The position numbers and the translations under genes are program-made. Below, one piece after another: positions 35,354 through 46,981 of a stretch of DNA of 64,000 bases; the first letter of the stretch is position 1; each line of letters opens with the position of its first letter. The notes under the pieces were generated by a model that was not told the origin of the DNA, made no database searches, and saw nothing but the letters and a program-made list of their open reading frames with translations. The DNA lies in sequence record LR535910.1, one strand, 5' to 3'.

Positions 35354-35905
35354 TTACGCTTGAGTCATGTCGGAGATGTCATAAACCAGACCGTTCAACT
35401 CAGTAACGGTGATCAGTTTACTGATATCGACACCATCGCTCGGAACTTCGGTCAAATAAACTTCAACCGTACCCGTCCACGCCAGTGACTTTCCATTGAA
35501 ACGCAAATTGTGTTTCGTGGAAGACGTCATTGACTCGTTTGCGTAGATCTCCGATACGTCAATCATCCAGTTATACTTAGCCTGCAATAACGGGACAAGA
35601 TCAGCAGCAGTAGATGCGCTACTACCGTCCACAGACAGCACCACGTTTTCAAACAGGTGGGCTACGTCCAATCGACGGTAAGTAAGACCCATCTTACCAA
35701 ACGTACCTTTCTCAACGATACCAGAAACATCGAGACTGGTGTTCAGTCTGGTGTACTGTTCTGGGTCAGGATCGGCTGCGGTGATGTGCGACGGGTTACC
35801 GAACGACAATTTATCGATGGTCACGCCCTTACCAGTCAGTCCGGGATTCTGGGACACGATAAGATCGTAAACCAACTCTTTTGCGGTCTTTCCAAATAAA
35901 CTCAT
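35354..35905 (-). CDS. Putative virion (tail/baseplate) protein
   Basis: L..GNP...TSL......YRRLDV..LF...WTG pattern typical of a jumbo-phage virion paralog family (recall). Confidence 0.6.
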   Translation of the reverse strand: MSLFGKTAKELVYDLIVSQNPGLTGKGVTIDKLSFGNPSHITAADPDPEQYTRLNTSLDVSGIVEKGTFGKMGLTYRRLDVAHLFENVVLSVDGSSASTAADLVPLLQAKYNWMIDVSEIYANESMTSSTKHNLRFNGKSLAWTGTVEVYLTEVPSDGVDISKLITVTELNGLVYDISDMTQA

Positions 35906-35927
35906 AATGCGCTACCTCTGTGGTGTA

Positions 35928-38150
35928 CTATCGCGCTTGTGGTAGGAAAATGTTCGCGATTTGTCGTGCCGGTATGATATCTAACGCGGCGTTGACGATG
36001 CTGCCCTGTGACCAGGCACTTGCCCAGTTCTGCGCCCAGATAGACGCGTTGATTTTAGCCTGCGCGATACCGTTGGTACGCTCGTAAAGCGTGGCAGCAC
36101 CCAACACAGACATAAATTCACTGAACTTGTTATCATCATCAAACACACCAATATCAGTTACAATCGGCATGTACATAACACGCGACAGGTCACGAATAGT
36201 TACCTGTATATCACACGACAACGGCAGACCGTCAGCACGCCACCCTAACCCACCTGTACCAAACTGGAGACTCAAGTTAGTTACCATGGCATTACGCATG
36301 GAATAACGACCACGAGAATAACACTCCAGATAGAACGGGTGCGTAAACGATTGTTTACCGGTTGCTAACGGGCAAACTGCCGCTAACCAGAACGACAACG
36401 GGACAATCAGATCCTGGAACACATCTAAGTCGTTACCCGACCAACAGCGAAGAGGAATGCTTAGCGAGATATCGTCACCTGAGGTGTCTGAGGAGTCCCA
36501 CACTTCCGGGAAGTCAATCACTGACGAGTTGTACAGCGACATAATCCCTGATAAATGCAAGAAATCGAGTGCGCCTGTAAAGGCGGACTTCAACCCAGTA
36601 ATGAGACCATCGACTGCGTCGAAACCAGTCTTACCACCAGAGAGGTTTACTTCCAAAGAACGTGCTTTCTGTGTGGCGGAGTTAACCGTGCCAGAGATTT
36701 CAGGTTCTTTGGTGGTGTTGGAGAACGAACGCCCTACGGTATCACGTCCATCAACACGCCAAGTAATCCACTGCGAACCATTGCGTATCTCCGAAGCGAT
36801 GTTCGAAGTTAACCCATCCATAGCGCCTTCTAAAATATCGATATAGTCTTTGAAGACGCTACCGACAGATTCTTTCTGGCCTTGGTCCATCCAGTTTTCA
36901 ATCTTCCCAATGTCGAGATTATTCTCATCCATTGAGTTTGCTTCGGTCTGACTTTTAGCAACCTGAGCCTGGTTCTTTTCAACCTGTGCCATACGCTCGG
37001 CAAGCTCTTTACGTTGCGCATCACCTTCGTTTTCGAAGTTTTCAGCTTTACCTCCTTGTGACTGAGCATCCTGAATGCTTCCGTTCATCCCTGCTACCAA
37101 TTCGTCTTCTTTGTTATCGACGTTTTCAAAACCGGCATCGTACCCTTTACCGGCTTTGGCTACGTATTCAAGGTTACGTAAAGAAACCTCGTACTGCGCA
37201 GCTTTCTCCAAATGGGTTGTTGAGTACGTCGCTTCCAGATAGAAGTTTCGCAAACGTCGAGCCATGTCCTCTTCGTTACTCGACTCTTTACGAATTTTAT
37301 CGATGGTTTTCGCCTGGTAGTTGGCTAATGTTTGGTAGCGGTTAATCATTCGATAGATATCGAACTCACCATCAGCTGTCCAGATTTCTGGCAGCATGGA
37401 GTACCACTCTTTGCGGTCGCCGTTGTACTTATTAGCAGTACCGCCTTTCTCAGACCCATCTACAGCATTAGCAAGCTGGAAAGTCCCTAACACACCCGTT
37501 GGTACCAATCGGCGATAAACTAACTGGGTGTTGACCATATTCTGCACAGCGCGCAGATACAAGTGCATTGTCGGTTTCACGTAGTAGTAGCGAGAAGTCT
37601 GCTTGTTCAGCACCATCTTCAACATACGTGGTGTAATTAGAATAACCGCAAAGGCAACCGTACCTACCGCGGCCCATATTGCTGCGGCGGCAACATACGT
37701 CCCCATCGCACGTAACATACCTGGGTAGTCACCTGTGCGCGCCAGATACGCTAGGTTGGAATCGTACATATTCGCGAAGAATGCAGCGACCCCGATATAA
37801 CGAGGTTTACCGAAACGACAATGAAGATAAAAACTGTTTTGGTTAATAGCTTCGTAATAGAAAGTCCCTAAACGATAGGAACCACGTTGGTCTTGACCTT
37901 TAACGTACTTTGAGTACGAGCCACGTCCCGCATCAGGTTGTGCAAAGGCACCTGTTGAACTCGGATCAGCAAACATCGTAAACTGCGGCGGCGCATTTAA
38001 CGCTTGCGAACCACCCATCGTGGTATCTTCAAACGAGAGCATCGCGTTAGAGTAACGACGCAAACCCAGGAAACGCTCATCGCGTTGTGCGGTTGTACCG
38101 CCAAACAGGCCGGTTACCCATCCTGAATCTTTTAGTTGTCTTGCTTCCAC
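35928..38150 (-). CDS. Putative tail tip/baseplate protein (ORF track start 38189; RBS favours GTG 38150)
   Basis: GAGAGG 6 nt before GTG 38150; directly downstream of the tape-measure gene, as phiKZ gp182 follows gp181 (recall). Confidence 0.6.
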   Translation of the reverse strand: MEARQLKDSGWVTGLFGGTTAQRDERFLGLRRYSNAMLSFEDTTMGGSQALNAPPQFTMFADPSSTGAFAQPDAGRGSYSKYVKGQDQRGSYRLGTFYYEAINQNSFYLHCRFGKPRYIGVAAFFANMYDSNLAYLARTGDYPGMLRAMGTYVAAAAIWAAVGTVAFAVILITPRMLKMVLNKQTSRYYYVKPTMHLYLRAVQNMVNTQLVYRRLVPTGVLGTFQLANAVDGSEKGGTANKYNGDRKEWYSMLPEIWTADGEFDIYRMINRYQTLANYQAKTIDKIRKESSNEEDMARRLRNFYLEATYSTTHLEKAAQYEVSLRNLEYVAKAGKGYDAGFENVDNKEDELVAGMNGSIQDAQSQGGKAENFENEGDAQRKELAERMAQVEKNQAQVAKSQTEANSMDENNLDIGKIENWMDQGQKESVGSVFKDYIDILEGAMDGLTSNIASEIRNGSQWITWRVDGRDTVGRSFSNTTKEPEISGTVNSATQKARSLEVNLSGGKTGFDAVDGLITGLKSAFTGALDFLHLSGIMSLYNSSVIDFPEVWDSSDTSGDDISLSIPLRCWSGNDLDVFQDLIVPLSFWLAAVCPLATGKQSFTHPFYLECYSRGRYSMRNAMVTNLSLQFGTGGLGWRADGLPLSCDIQVTIRDLSRVMYMPIVTDIGVFDDDNKFSEFMSVLGAATLYERTNGIAQAKINASIWAQNWASAWSQGSIVNAALDIIPARQIANIFLPQAR

Positions 38151-38198
38151 GTAAAACCTCTCTGTAAGATGATTAGGGGGTGTTGCCACCCCCTACGA

Positions 38199-41100
38199 TT
38201 AGCTTGCTTTCCGACTTACGTTTAACGACGGTGTCGGTTGGGTTATTTCCTGCCTACGTGCAGCTGAGCCCGGAGGAGGCACATTTGCCGCTTGCTGGAT
38301 ACTACCACCCCGTGTGTCGTTTGCCGCTCTTGGATTTGATTTCAAAATATCACGAATCTCTTTCAAGTAATCGCGAGACTGAATCAGTACCTTGAGCTGC
38401 TGAACATCTATCGGGTCACCATTCAGCGTTGGCGTCGATGCTGTAGCATCAGAAGTTGGGGCGGCAATTGGACGAGCTGCTGCGTTAACCTGCGCTTCCG
38501 CGCCTGCTTTCACTTTAGCAACATCCGTCGCAGACAATCCTTCTGCTGCAGCTTGCGACGCTACGGTTTCGGCCGTTGTTGAGGCATCGGATGTTCCGGT
38601 ACCGCCTGTGGTTGGTGTAGGTGCTGCTGGTCCTACATTACCTGCGGCGGTAGCCATTGCATCTTGTGCCGCCATGGCCCCTTTCTGCGTCAATGCGTCA
38701 TCACGACGATTAGCATTATCTGCTGGCAGGTTATCTGCCGGTGACAGACTCGGGTCATTAGCGGCCGGTGCACCCATTGCTGCTGCCGGGTTGGTTGGTG
38801 AATTAGGCGACAAGCCTGCAACCATATCCTTCGTCTTGCTCGGATCGGCAGCGACTTCGTTGGCGGAAATTGCGCCCATGCGGCGGTTCAGTTCCTGAAT
38901 AACCCCGTCTACGCTACGTATACGACCGTTGCTGTAGAAGACGTTGGCATTCCCTCTCAATATTGCGGATGTAATCCCAGGAGCACTCGATGCCGCCATA
39001 TTCGGATTACGCTTCCATGCTTCCAGGAATTTCTTACCGCCGCCTGCACCCAGGAAGTGGTACAGATAAGCCACGGCTGGAGGTGGTGCTTTACCACCCA
39101 GGTCACGTTGTGCTTTTTGGATGTTGTCACGAATGAACTGTACACCCAAAATAGCATTCGCCCACGGGTCCATTTGGTTAACACGCGGAATACCAAACTT
39201 CCGCGAATACCCCTTCATCATCCCGTCCCACGTGCCGTTAACGAACTGGAACAACCCAGACGCCGAAGCATACGGGTTTTTAGCGGTGTAGTTAAATCCA
39301 GACTCCGCCTTAGCCATTGCTAACGCCACTGCAGGTGGCACGCCCATCATGTTCGCTGCATCGGTAATCAATGCTTTGATATTCGGAACGTTCAACGCAC
39401 CCTTTCTACCCAACATTTCTATCGGGTATTTTTCAGCCAGTGACTTATAATCACCGTCTTTCACATCACTCAGGTTAATCGAAGACGAACCAGTGGTCAT
39501 TGCAGCGTAGTTCCGCACACCGCCAACCGCATCGACGACTTGACCCAAGTTACCCGGCACACCACCACTCGTACCCGATGGAATGTAGCCTGAGGCGCGA
39601 GCACCGTCAGATGACAAAGAATCTCCCGAACTGATGTTCGAGTCTTCTTCATCTTCACCGGTAACTTCCAGAGAACTGCGGTTCTTGTTACGATCCTTCC
39701 AGCGTGCACGCTTGCCATTATTTTTAATGGCTTTAATCATGTTACGCACGGCAAGGTCAGCTTCTTTTGACAACAGCTTCAGCGTTTCCAGCTCGGCTTT
39801 GATAGACGATGGGTTCGTGTTAGCATCGCCCCCTAATGGGTTGATATTCACTTCCCACACTGACTGTCTTATACCGCCTTTCAGGCTGTAGGCAGTTGAC
39901 ATCATCAGACTGATTTCGTACAGGTAGCCGCCGGTCAGTTTCAAGTTCAGCGGATCGGCTGTTGGCAGGTAACGCTTCACCCCAACCAAATACGTCATGA
40001 ATACCGGTAAGAAACGGTCAAAGAACCACCGTTTCAAACGATCTTCTTTCGGTGTACCGATAGCGTCTGGAACCATCGAGGCGATGGCTTTCTTCCAGTC
40101 ACCTTTATAGCTTGCGGTTTTCACGTCGATGTCTTTGATGACGTTCTTCTCGAATACCGTAATCAACGTGCGTGTGGCGTTGTCGATGGTGGTAAAACCA
40201 TAAGTCTTCCAACGTACCGACTCCATCGCATTCATGTCTTTCTGGTCGAGTACCGCATTCCAGTCTACCTGAATCTGAACCTGCTCTGTTCCGTCTTCCC
40301 AACCCTCTACCTTCGCCAGATTTTTATTACGTTCGTTATCCAACTGTCCAAGTTTGTTGATAGCTTCATCAACGCCCGCGGACTTAATCCCCTCCACGGC
40401 CGGTGCCATTCCGTACTTACGTGCTTTCTTATCGTCCATTCTGAACTTGATTGCACGCTCGACTTCATTCTGCACTTCCATAACCTCTTCACCGCTCAAA
40501 AACTCCTTCGGTGTAAAGGTTACGACGTCCCAGGCTTTCGAGAAGAAACCTTGGTTGACTTTGCGTGGGTCTGTTAACGAAGAGAACGCTTTTGCATCCT
40601 TAGTCATCTTCATTTTGTTGAAGAGTGTCTGCATGTCCTCTTTCGATACTTTCTTAGCATCGCCGACGTCAGCCAACTGGATACTATTCGGCATTGATTT
40701 CAGTGCCGTAATCCAGCGGAGATAAATCGGAATGAAGCGCTGAAGCATAAACGCTTGGAAGGCCAACATCTCGCCTTTTTCCTCAACGTTAATACCGAAC
40801 CCTTCAGCTAACTTCTGAACGTCTTTTCCACCTAGCCCACGGAGACTGGCTTGGCCATCTTCCGCGTAAGACACATACTCACGCAATGCGTCTTCTAAGT
40901 AACGCGCCTTCGCCCCGTCGTCCGACGACCACTTATCGTAATCACGGAAACCGTACTGAGCTAAACGCATCTTATCCAGGTACTGGGTATAGGTAGTCGT
41001 TGCGATCTTGTACGCGGCGTAACCTGCCGCAGCGATCGCACCACCGATAAGAATTGCCGGCCAGCCCACTGCTGTCACGACGGCAGATGCCGCAGTTGCC

Positions 41101-44100
41101 ACAGCGGACACCGCGGGTGCCGCCAAACGGGTTACTGCGAACTTACCAACATTCCACGCAGCCTTACCTAAAAGACCTACGGGTTTTAACACACCCCATT
41201 TCGTGATAGAACCGAGTATATTACCCACAGTTCCCAAGATACTGACGATGGGACCGATGATAGGTAAGCCTTTCACCATATCCCACAGACCGCCAGATTT
41301 CCCTTTGGAGCCCTGCGCTTTCTCTTTCTTCTCCTTACGTTTCTCACGCCAACGTTTGAAGAAGTTAAAGTAGTCGCGTTTTTCATCACTTTCAGGTGGC
41401 TTGTTACGTTTACCGAACTTCGCAAACATGGTACGGATGATGCCATCGTCACCGCCTGCGCGGGATACTGATTCGCGCATGGTGTTAAACCATGACATCT
41501 CTTGCAAGCCAATCATTCGGTCCAAGCGTTCAAACAATCTTGCACCTGCAGATTTGGCAGCGTTCTTCCCTTTGTTGATAACCCGACCTGCTGCATCGCG
41601 CGCGGTCTCAAGGTCGTCCTTCGCGTCACCGTAGACTTTACGGCCAGAAAGACCACCTTTCGCGTTCAGATGACTGCGATAGAATTCAGCGACATCATCA
41701 TCGCGTCCTGCCAATCGACGTTCAACTTCGTAGCGTGTAGCAATGTCGTGTCGTGCTCCACGATATCCGTCGAGCATATCCCCAGCCCGGCCTCGGAAAC
41801 CACTGAACCAACCACGCAGGCGGTCACGTCCACGACCAAAGAACGCTTTTGTTCTTGACCAACGCCCACCAAAACGTTCAGACAACGACGATTTCGCACG
41901 ATCATACGCCCCGCGTACTGCACGACCGATCGTACTACCGCCACCCCCGACACCCTTCTCCATTTCCTCTGTCCAACTTTCGTCTTCCGGATCTCCCGGT
42001 AAACGTTGATTCAACAGTTTATAGATACGGATAAGAATGTGGTTGGTTTTCTTGCCGGTTGATGAGAAGAGACTGAAACCGCCGCCCCCACCATCTTTAC
42101 GGCCTTTCCACCAACGCGTTAGTGGGTTGTCGGTAATCATGTCTTTCAGGCGGTCGACACCACGTTTCGCAAAACCGAGCACTTTACCCGGTAAGCTCGT
42201 TACGCGGTTGAACGCTTTCTGGAGACGTGTCTTTTCTTCGCCTTCCGGAATCTCGTTCAGCCAGTCCTTAATCTTACCAACGATGCTGCCTGCTTTCGGT
42301 GACAGGAAATCCAGGAACCTTTTCGGTAGCTTAGCCACCTTATTAAAGCCTAAGCCGATCTTACTGGCCAGACCTTGGGTCAGCGCTTGGATTTTCCCAC
42401 CTTTATAGTAGCGGAGTTTACCGGCAGCGGCTAAGTCAGCGGCCGCTAGTATCAGGTTACCTGCGGAGTCAACAATATCACTCCCCAGTTTGATATCGTC
42501 CAGCGTTTTCAACTGAACCATTTTACCATCAATGACCTGATAGTATTCCCCAGCTTCCAGACGTGCACCTTGCAGAACAACGTTACCGTGGTCATCGTAA
42601 ACGTCGCGGATACCCAGTAGTCCTTTACCGAAGGAACTTACCGCTTCAAAACCACCACGGACACTACCACTGATAAGGCCACGCATCCGGGTTAAGAAAC
42701 CAGGACCTTCGCCACCTCCCATGCCTGCGACTTTACCGCGTGCCCAACCACCGAACTGGTTCAGTTTATTCCAGGCACCCTTAACACCACGTTTCGCAAA
42801 GCCGCCGATTCCTGCTGCGGTGTCGAACAACACACCGCCCCAACGACGAATAAGCCCATCCTCACCGATGATAATACGACGGCGTCTACCGCCACCGCTA
42901 CCACCGCCAGGGCGAGGCGGACCCATTTCTTCATCACCAGAACCAGCACCCCCTGCTAACGAAGCCAGGAGAACCCCTTCTTCGTCCATACTTCTGACGT
43001 GTTCCAGAATTTTCTGGAGGGTGTCACTGTTGTTGTTACCACGAATCGCTTCGATGATACCGTCAAAGTTATTCCGTGGTGCTTCTTCGCCACGGTTACG
43101 TTGACTCAACAATTCAACAAAGTTAGTCGAGGTTTCACCGTAGAGAACCGCGGCTAGCTGCCGAGGCGACATTCCGCGGCCTTTACCACCGCCACGTAAA
43201 GCCGGCGGTAACGACGTGTCATCGGCACCACCACTTGCCCCTTGGTTCATTCGGCGCAGATAGTCGCCTAACGCCGAACCATTTTGCAGCTTACGTTGAA
43301 TCTCCTGGTCACGAGTCAATGCGCGCCCGCTGCGTGTCTTACCCATCGCCAAGTCATTAAACAAGGTATAGGGATCGGACAGGTCTTTATCCACGCCGAA
43401 GGTGTCACTCTTCGCGTCGTAGTTAAAGATACCCGCATCACGCAACGCTCGCTCGCCGTAAATATTCACCGCCTCATCGATAATTGCCTGACGTTGGGTG
43501 ATAGATGACTGCACTGTGGAGATTTTGCGAGCCAGTTCGTTACTTAATTCGTTGCTACCACCAGTAAGACTGTCTGAATGCCCCTGTAACGCTTCCTTAA
43601 TGCGTTCTGCGGCGTTTCCTGGCATATACCGATGAAGATGCATCGGGTCTTTCAGAATCGCTTCTACGTCGAATGCGCGGCCCTGCGAGGCACGTGACTC
43701 GATATAGTCGGCAAGATGCTGTCGATCCTTCTGCGAGAGCGTTTTGCCACGGTCAACAAAATCCACAGTGCTGTTAATGGAATTTTGGAGACGCAGGCGC
43801 TGCTCATCGTTTGCAACCGCTTTGCGTACACGGTTACCGACCACTTTGCGGTCTACGAAACCACGACTGGTGATGTCGTATTCCAGATCGGCATGTTCGC
43901 CATAGCCACGACGAACAGATTTGTTAATCTCTGCCAGCCAGGCAGGAATAACTTCAACCAGGCTAAGATACGCTTTACGGTCAAACTTCGCCGAGCGACT
44001 TAACGTTTCGCCATTACGCTCATCGAGGAAGGCTTTCTCACGGTTTAACGGTTGGACAATACCGAGTTCATTCAGTACCCGGAACAAATCCGCCAACGGT

Positions 44101-45320
44101 CCTTGCGTTTCGCCTGCGATAGCTGAGTTCGAGATAGAGGAAAGATTACCAAAGGTGAACGCGCCCTTCTGCAGGCGTTTCATGACCTCTGGATTTTTCT
44201 CCATCTCCTCACGAGTCCATTTCTGGAGTTTCTCGATTTGTGGGCCGAGTAGTTTCTTCGCAAGGAATCCGCTACCCCATGCAGTTGCTTTATCGCGAGC
44301 ATTTGTTTTGCGACGTTCGGCAGTCAACGAAGAGCTGTCGCTCATGCCGAAATCGTCTTCAACACCCATGCCGAGAACAGACTCTAACAAACCACGACCT
44401 TCGCCAAATATACCAGAAATTTTCTTCTTGGTATTTTCGCGAATCATGTCCATAAACCCGTCAGCATAACGCAATGGGTTCATCCATTCCGCAGCCTGGC
44501 GTTTAACGTTTGCCCAACGGACTTCTGAGAAATCTTCCTTCGCGTAGTCTGGCAGCGCCGTGTTCTTCACGATGGCTTCTAAAGCAGGCGTGTTACGATC
44601 GAACTCCGACTGCTTCATCTTCACGATGTCTTGAATGGCGAACAGGGTACGGTATTGCAATTCGAGTTTCTTACGCTCGATGTTTAAGAATACCCCACGG
44701 CTTAACCCGGTTAGCAGGTTAATGTCTTTCGCCATCCCAATCATGGTTTGGTGCATTGCATCCGCGCGCATCTCTTTGATGCTGTCGCGGAGCTTATCCT
44801 CTACCATGCGGTCCTGCAGCTGACGTTGTTCGTCGGCGTCCTTTGGCACGCCTGAGAAAACGTCGCCCAGTTCACGATCCATCAATGCCTGATTAGGATC
44901 GTAATTTTGGTAATCCAACTGGTCAGATTTTGACCACTTGTCGATGCGCTTAGTAACTGCATCCGGCAAGTATTTCTTCATCGTCGGACCGAGTTGGCGC
45001 GCTTGCATCTTCAGCGTGCGCTCGGTCTTCTCAAGCTCCCCTTTCGTATGGGCGTAAATGTCCTTTGCTGCAGCTGCCGCTGACTGATAACCCTCGTATG
45101 CATCAGCTGCCGGCTTAGGCATCCCCTTGAGGATAACTTGGTCGCGTTTCCCTTCTGGCCAGATAGTTGACAACGCCGACTTCCTGGCAACATTCAGGGT
45201 ACTGAGTATCGGGCTTCGTTTTTTCTCGTCTTTGGGACGGGGTGGTTCACCGAAATCATCCCAGTCGTCGAGTCTATCTAAATCGATATCATCGAAACCG
45301 TCTTTGCCTCTTTTTGCCAT
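38199..45320 (-). CDS. Tail-associated lytic transglycosylase / tape-measure-like protein
   Basis: 2373 aa, helical and Gly-rich; SLT motifs AMAKAESGFN and ASGLFQFVNGTW near the C-terminus. Confidence 0.88.
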   Translation of the reverse strand: MAKRGKDGFDDIDLDRLDDWDDFGEPPRPKDEKKRSPILSTLNVARKSALSTIWPEGKRDQVILKGMPKPAADAYEGYQSAAAAAKDIYAHTKGELEKTERTLKMQARQLGPTMKKYLPDAVTKRIDKWSKSDQLDYQNYDPNQALMDRELGDVFSGVPKDADEQRQLQDRMVEDKLRDSIKEMRADAMHQTMIGMAKDINLLTGLSRGVFLNIERKKLELQYRTLFAIQDIVKMKQSEFDRNTPALEAIVKNTALPDYAKEDFSEVRWANVKRQAAEWMNPLRYADGFMDMIRENTKKKISGIFGEGRGLLESVLGMGVEDDFGMSDSSSLTAERRKTNARDKATAWGSGFLAKKLLGPQIEKLQKWTREEMEKNPEVMKRLQKGAFTFGNLSSISNSAIAGETQGPLADLFRVLNELGIVQPLNREKAFLDERNGETLSRSAKFDRKAYLSLVEVIPAWLAEINKSVRRGYGEHADLEYDITSRGFVDRKVVGNRVRKAVANDEQRLRLQNSINSTVDFVDRGKTLSQKDRQHLADYIESRASQGRAFDVEAILKDPMHLHRYMPGNAAERIKEALQGHSDSLTGGSNELSNELARKISTVQSSITQRQAIIDEAVNIYGERALRDAGIFNYDAKSDTFGVDKDLSDPYTLFNDLAMGKTRSGRALTRDQEIQRKLQNGSALGDYLRRMNQGASGGADDTSLPPALRGGGKGRGMSPRQLAAVLYGETSTNFVELLSQRNRGEEAPRNNFDGIIEAIRGNNNSDTLQKILEHVRSMDEEGVLLASLAGGAGSGDEEMGPPRPGGGSGGGRRRRIIIGEDGLIRRWGGVLFDTAAGIGGFAKRGVKGAWNKLNQFGGWARGKVAGMGGGEGPGFLTRMRGLISGSVRGGFEAVSSFGKGLLGIRDVYDDHGNVVLQGARLEAGEYYQVIDGKMVQLKTLDDIKLGSDIVDSAGNLILAAADLAAAGKLRYYKGGKIQALTQGLASKIGLGFNKVAKLPKRFLDFLSPKAGSIVGKIKDWLNEIPEGEEKTRLQKAFNRVTSLPGKVLGFAKRGVDRLKDMITDNPLTRWWKGRKDGGGGGFSLFSSTGKKTNHILIRIYKLLNQRLPGDPEDESWTEEMEKGVGGGGSTIGRAVRGAYDRAKSSLSERFGGRWSRTKAFFGRGRDRLRGWFSGFRGRAGDMLDGYRGARHDIATRYEVERRLAGRDDDVAEFYRSHLNAKGGLSGRKVYGDAKDDLETARDAAGRVINKGKNAAKSAGARLFERLDRMIGLQEMSWFNTMRESVSRAGGDDGIIRTMFAKFGKRNKPPESDEKRDYFNFFKRWREKRKEKKEKAQGSKGKSGGLWDMVKGLPIIGPIVSILGTVGNILGSITKWGVLKPVGLLGKAAWNVGKFAVTRLAAPAVSAVATAASAVVTAVGWPAILIGGAIAAAGYAAYKIATTTYTQYLDKMRLAQYGFRDYDKWSSDDGAKARYLEDALREYVSYAEDGQASLRGLGGKDVQKLAEGFGINVEEKGEMLAFQAFMLQRFIPIYLRWITALKSMPNSIQLADVGDAKKVSKEDMQTLFNKMKMTKDAKAFSSLTDPRKVNQGFFSKAWDVVTFTPKEFLSGEEVMEVQNEVERAIKFRMDDKKARKYGMAPAVEGIKSAGVDEAINKLGQLDNERNKNLAKVEGWEDGTEQVQIQVDWNAVLDQKDMNAMESVRWKTYGFTTIDNATRTLITVFEKNVIKDIDVKTASYKGDWKKAIASMVPDAIGTPKEDRLKRWFFDRFLPVFMTYLVGVKRYLPTADPLNLKLTGGYLYEISLMMSTAYSLKGGIRQSVWEVNINPLGGDANTNPSSIKAELETLKLLSKEADLAVRNMIKAIKNNGKRARWKDRNKNRSSLEVTGEDEEDSNISSGDSLSSDGARASGYIPSGTSGGVPGNLGQVVDAVGGVRNYAAMTTGSSSINLSDVKDGDYKSLAEKYPIEMLGRKGALNVPNIKALITDAANMMGVPPAVALAMAKAESGFNYTAKNPYASASGLFQFVNGTWDGMMKGYSRKFGIPRVNQMDPWANAILGVQFIRDNIQKAQRDLGGKAPPPAVAYLYHFLGAGGGKKFLEAWKRNPNMAASSAPGITSAILRGNANVFYSNGRIRSVDGVIQELNRRMGAISANEVAADPSKTKDMVAGLSPNSPTNPAAAMGAPAANDPSLSPADNLPADNANRRDDALTQKGAMAAQDAMATAAGNVGPAAPTPTTGGTGTSDASTTAETVASQAAAEGLSATDVAKVKAGAEAQVNAAARPIAAPTSDATASTPTLNGDPIDVQQLKVLIQSRDYLKEIRDILKSNPRAANDTRGGSIQQAANVPPPGSAARRQEITQPTPSLNVSRKAS

Positions 45321-45349
45321 AATGTTTCTTCCAATTCAGGAGCTTAAAA

Positions 45350-46963
45350 GTGAGAAAGCTAAACTGGGTTGACTTTTACTTGTTAAACGTCAACAAGTCC
45401 CTGGTGTCGCATTTAAAACCAGTTACAACAACAGACACCTTTCAGGGACTGACGAAAAACTTTCACCCTGAAGGACTGTATTCAACCGAAATTTTTGGCC
45501 TCACAGGGAGCGAAGCACGAGACTCAACGTTCTCGTACATTGATATCAAACTGGATATCATTTCGCCGACCGTTTGTTTGGCATTGTTCCAGCTGAAACA
45601 GCTGTACGAAGAAATCTGTTCCGGGAAGCGATTCGCTATCTGGAATGAGAAAGAAAAAGATTTCGAGCCGGCTCTGCCCAGTGATAAAGGTGCAGACACC
45701 GGCTTCAACTTCTTCCTACGCTACTACGAACAACTGACACCGGGACGCAACGAATCGATGCGTCGCGACGAGACAGTCGATTTCTTCAATAAGTTCCGTC
45801 CGGTCAGTCTCAGCCGCTATGTGCTGGTTCTGCCTGCGGGATTACGTGATTTGGTCATTCGTCAGGATGGCCGCGACCAAGAAGAAGAGATTGGCGGACT
45901 CTACCGCCGTCTGATTTCTCTGGCACGTGCAATCCCCGACCGCAGTACGCGAACGGAACTGACTGACCCGGTTCGCTGGAAGCTCCAACAAACCTTTAAT
46001 GATATCTGGATGTACTTCTTCAACATCCAAGACGGTAAAGGTGGTTTTGCACGTCGTAAAGTGACGTCACGTAAGTTAATGAACGGTACGCGTAACGTAC
46101 TGTCTTCATTCTCAACCGGTTCCAAGGTCATGGGTCGCGAAGATGCGATTCGTCCAACGGATACCCGTATCGGTTTGTACCAAACCCTGAAGGCATTACT
46201 GCCTGTGGCTCAATACCACATCCGCGAACGTTACCTCAGTAACATCCGGGCAGGGGACGGCAACTTATACGGCGTTAACACCAAAACACTCAAGCGTGAG
46301 TTCCTGGAAGTCTCCGGGCGGGTGTATGACCTTTTCACTACTGACGATGGCATCGAAACACTCATCAACAGAATGGAAGCGCGCGAGCTTCGACATAAAC
46401 CGCTGATGATTGATCCGGACCATTACGTGGCATTAATCTACCAGGACAAACGCAGCTTCAAAATCTTTTACGATATTGAAGACCTGCCGGAAGGACGTGA
46501 CCGTAAGCTTGTCCGCGGACTGAGCTTAGCGGAACTCCTCTATTTGTCAGGTTACGATATTTGGAATGACTACTTCTCGTTCATCACGCGTTATCCGGTT
46601 ACGGGACGCGGTTCGACTTACTCCTCGACCATAAGATTGGAGACCACCACCTCTTCCCTCTATTTGCATGAACTGGAAGACGATTGGGTCACGTTAAAAG
46701 AGAAGGGTGCAATTAGTTTCCCTGACCGTACCGTGAAAACCTTTGTGGAATCCATGGCACCACATCCATCCCGATTAGGGGGCTTGGGTGGTGACTACGA
46801 TGGTGACACCGGCTCAGCAAACAGCCCGATGTCAACCGAAGCGCTCGAGGAAAATCGGAAGTGGGTCAGTTCGAAAAACTACTGGTTTGCAACAGACGGC
46901 AGTTTCAAAATCAATCCGGTTAACAACGTGATTAAAAGAACGACTGCCGCGCTGTTGAAATGA
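45350..46963 (+). CDS. rpoC: Virion RNA polymerase beta' subunit, N-terminal part
   Basis: GLYSTEIFG, YVLVLPAGLRD, GKGGFAR, catalytic GGDYDGD near the C-terminus. Confidence 0.9.
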   Translation: MRKLNWVDFYLLNVNKSLVSHLKPVTTTDTFQGLTKNFHPEGLYSTEIFGLTGSEARDSTFSYIDIKLDIISPTVCLALFQLKQLYEEICSGKRFAIWNEKEKDFEPALPSDKGADTGFNFFLRYYEQLTPGRNESMRRDETVDFFNKFRPVSLSRYVLVLPAGLRDLVIRQDGRDQEEEIGGLYRRLISLARAIPDRSTRTELTDPVRWKLQQTFNDIWMYFFNIQDGKGGFARRKVTSRKLMNGTRNVLSSFSTGSKVMGREDAIRPTDTRIGLYQTLKALLPVAQYHIRERYLSNIRAGDGNLYGVNTKTLKREFLEVSGRVYDLFTTDDGIETLINRMEARELRHKPLMIDPDHYVALIYQDKRSFKIFYDIEDLPEGRDRKLVRGLSLAELLYLSGYDIWNDYFSFITRYPVTGRGSTYSSTIRLETTTSSLYLHELEDDWVTLKEKGAISFPDRTVKTFVESMAPHPSRLGGLGGDYDGDTGSANSPMSTEALEENRKWVSSKNYWFATDGSFKINPVNNVIKRTTAALLK

Positions 46964-46981
46964 TACCCATAAGGCACATGT

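Noticed and set aside
38151-38189. RBS-occluding hairpin over a GTG start at 38189
   Set aside because: The G-run abuts that GTG with no spacing; a better GAGAGG RBS supports GTG 38150, which makes the hairpin intergenic.
38608-44823. Many plus-strand ORFs within the tape-measure gene
   Set aside because: Ser/Pro/Arg-rich antisense artefacts of the minus-strand coding bias.
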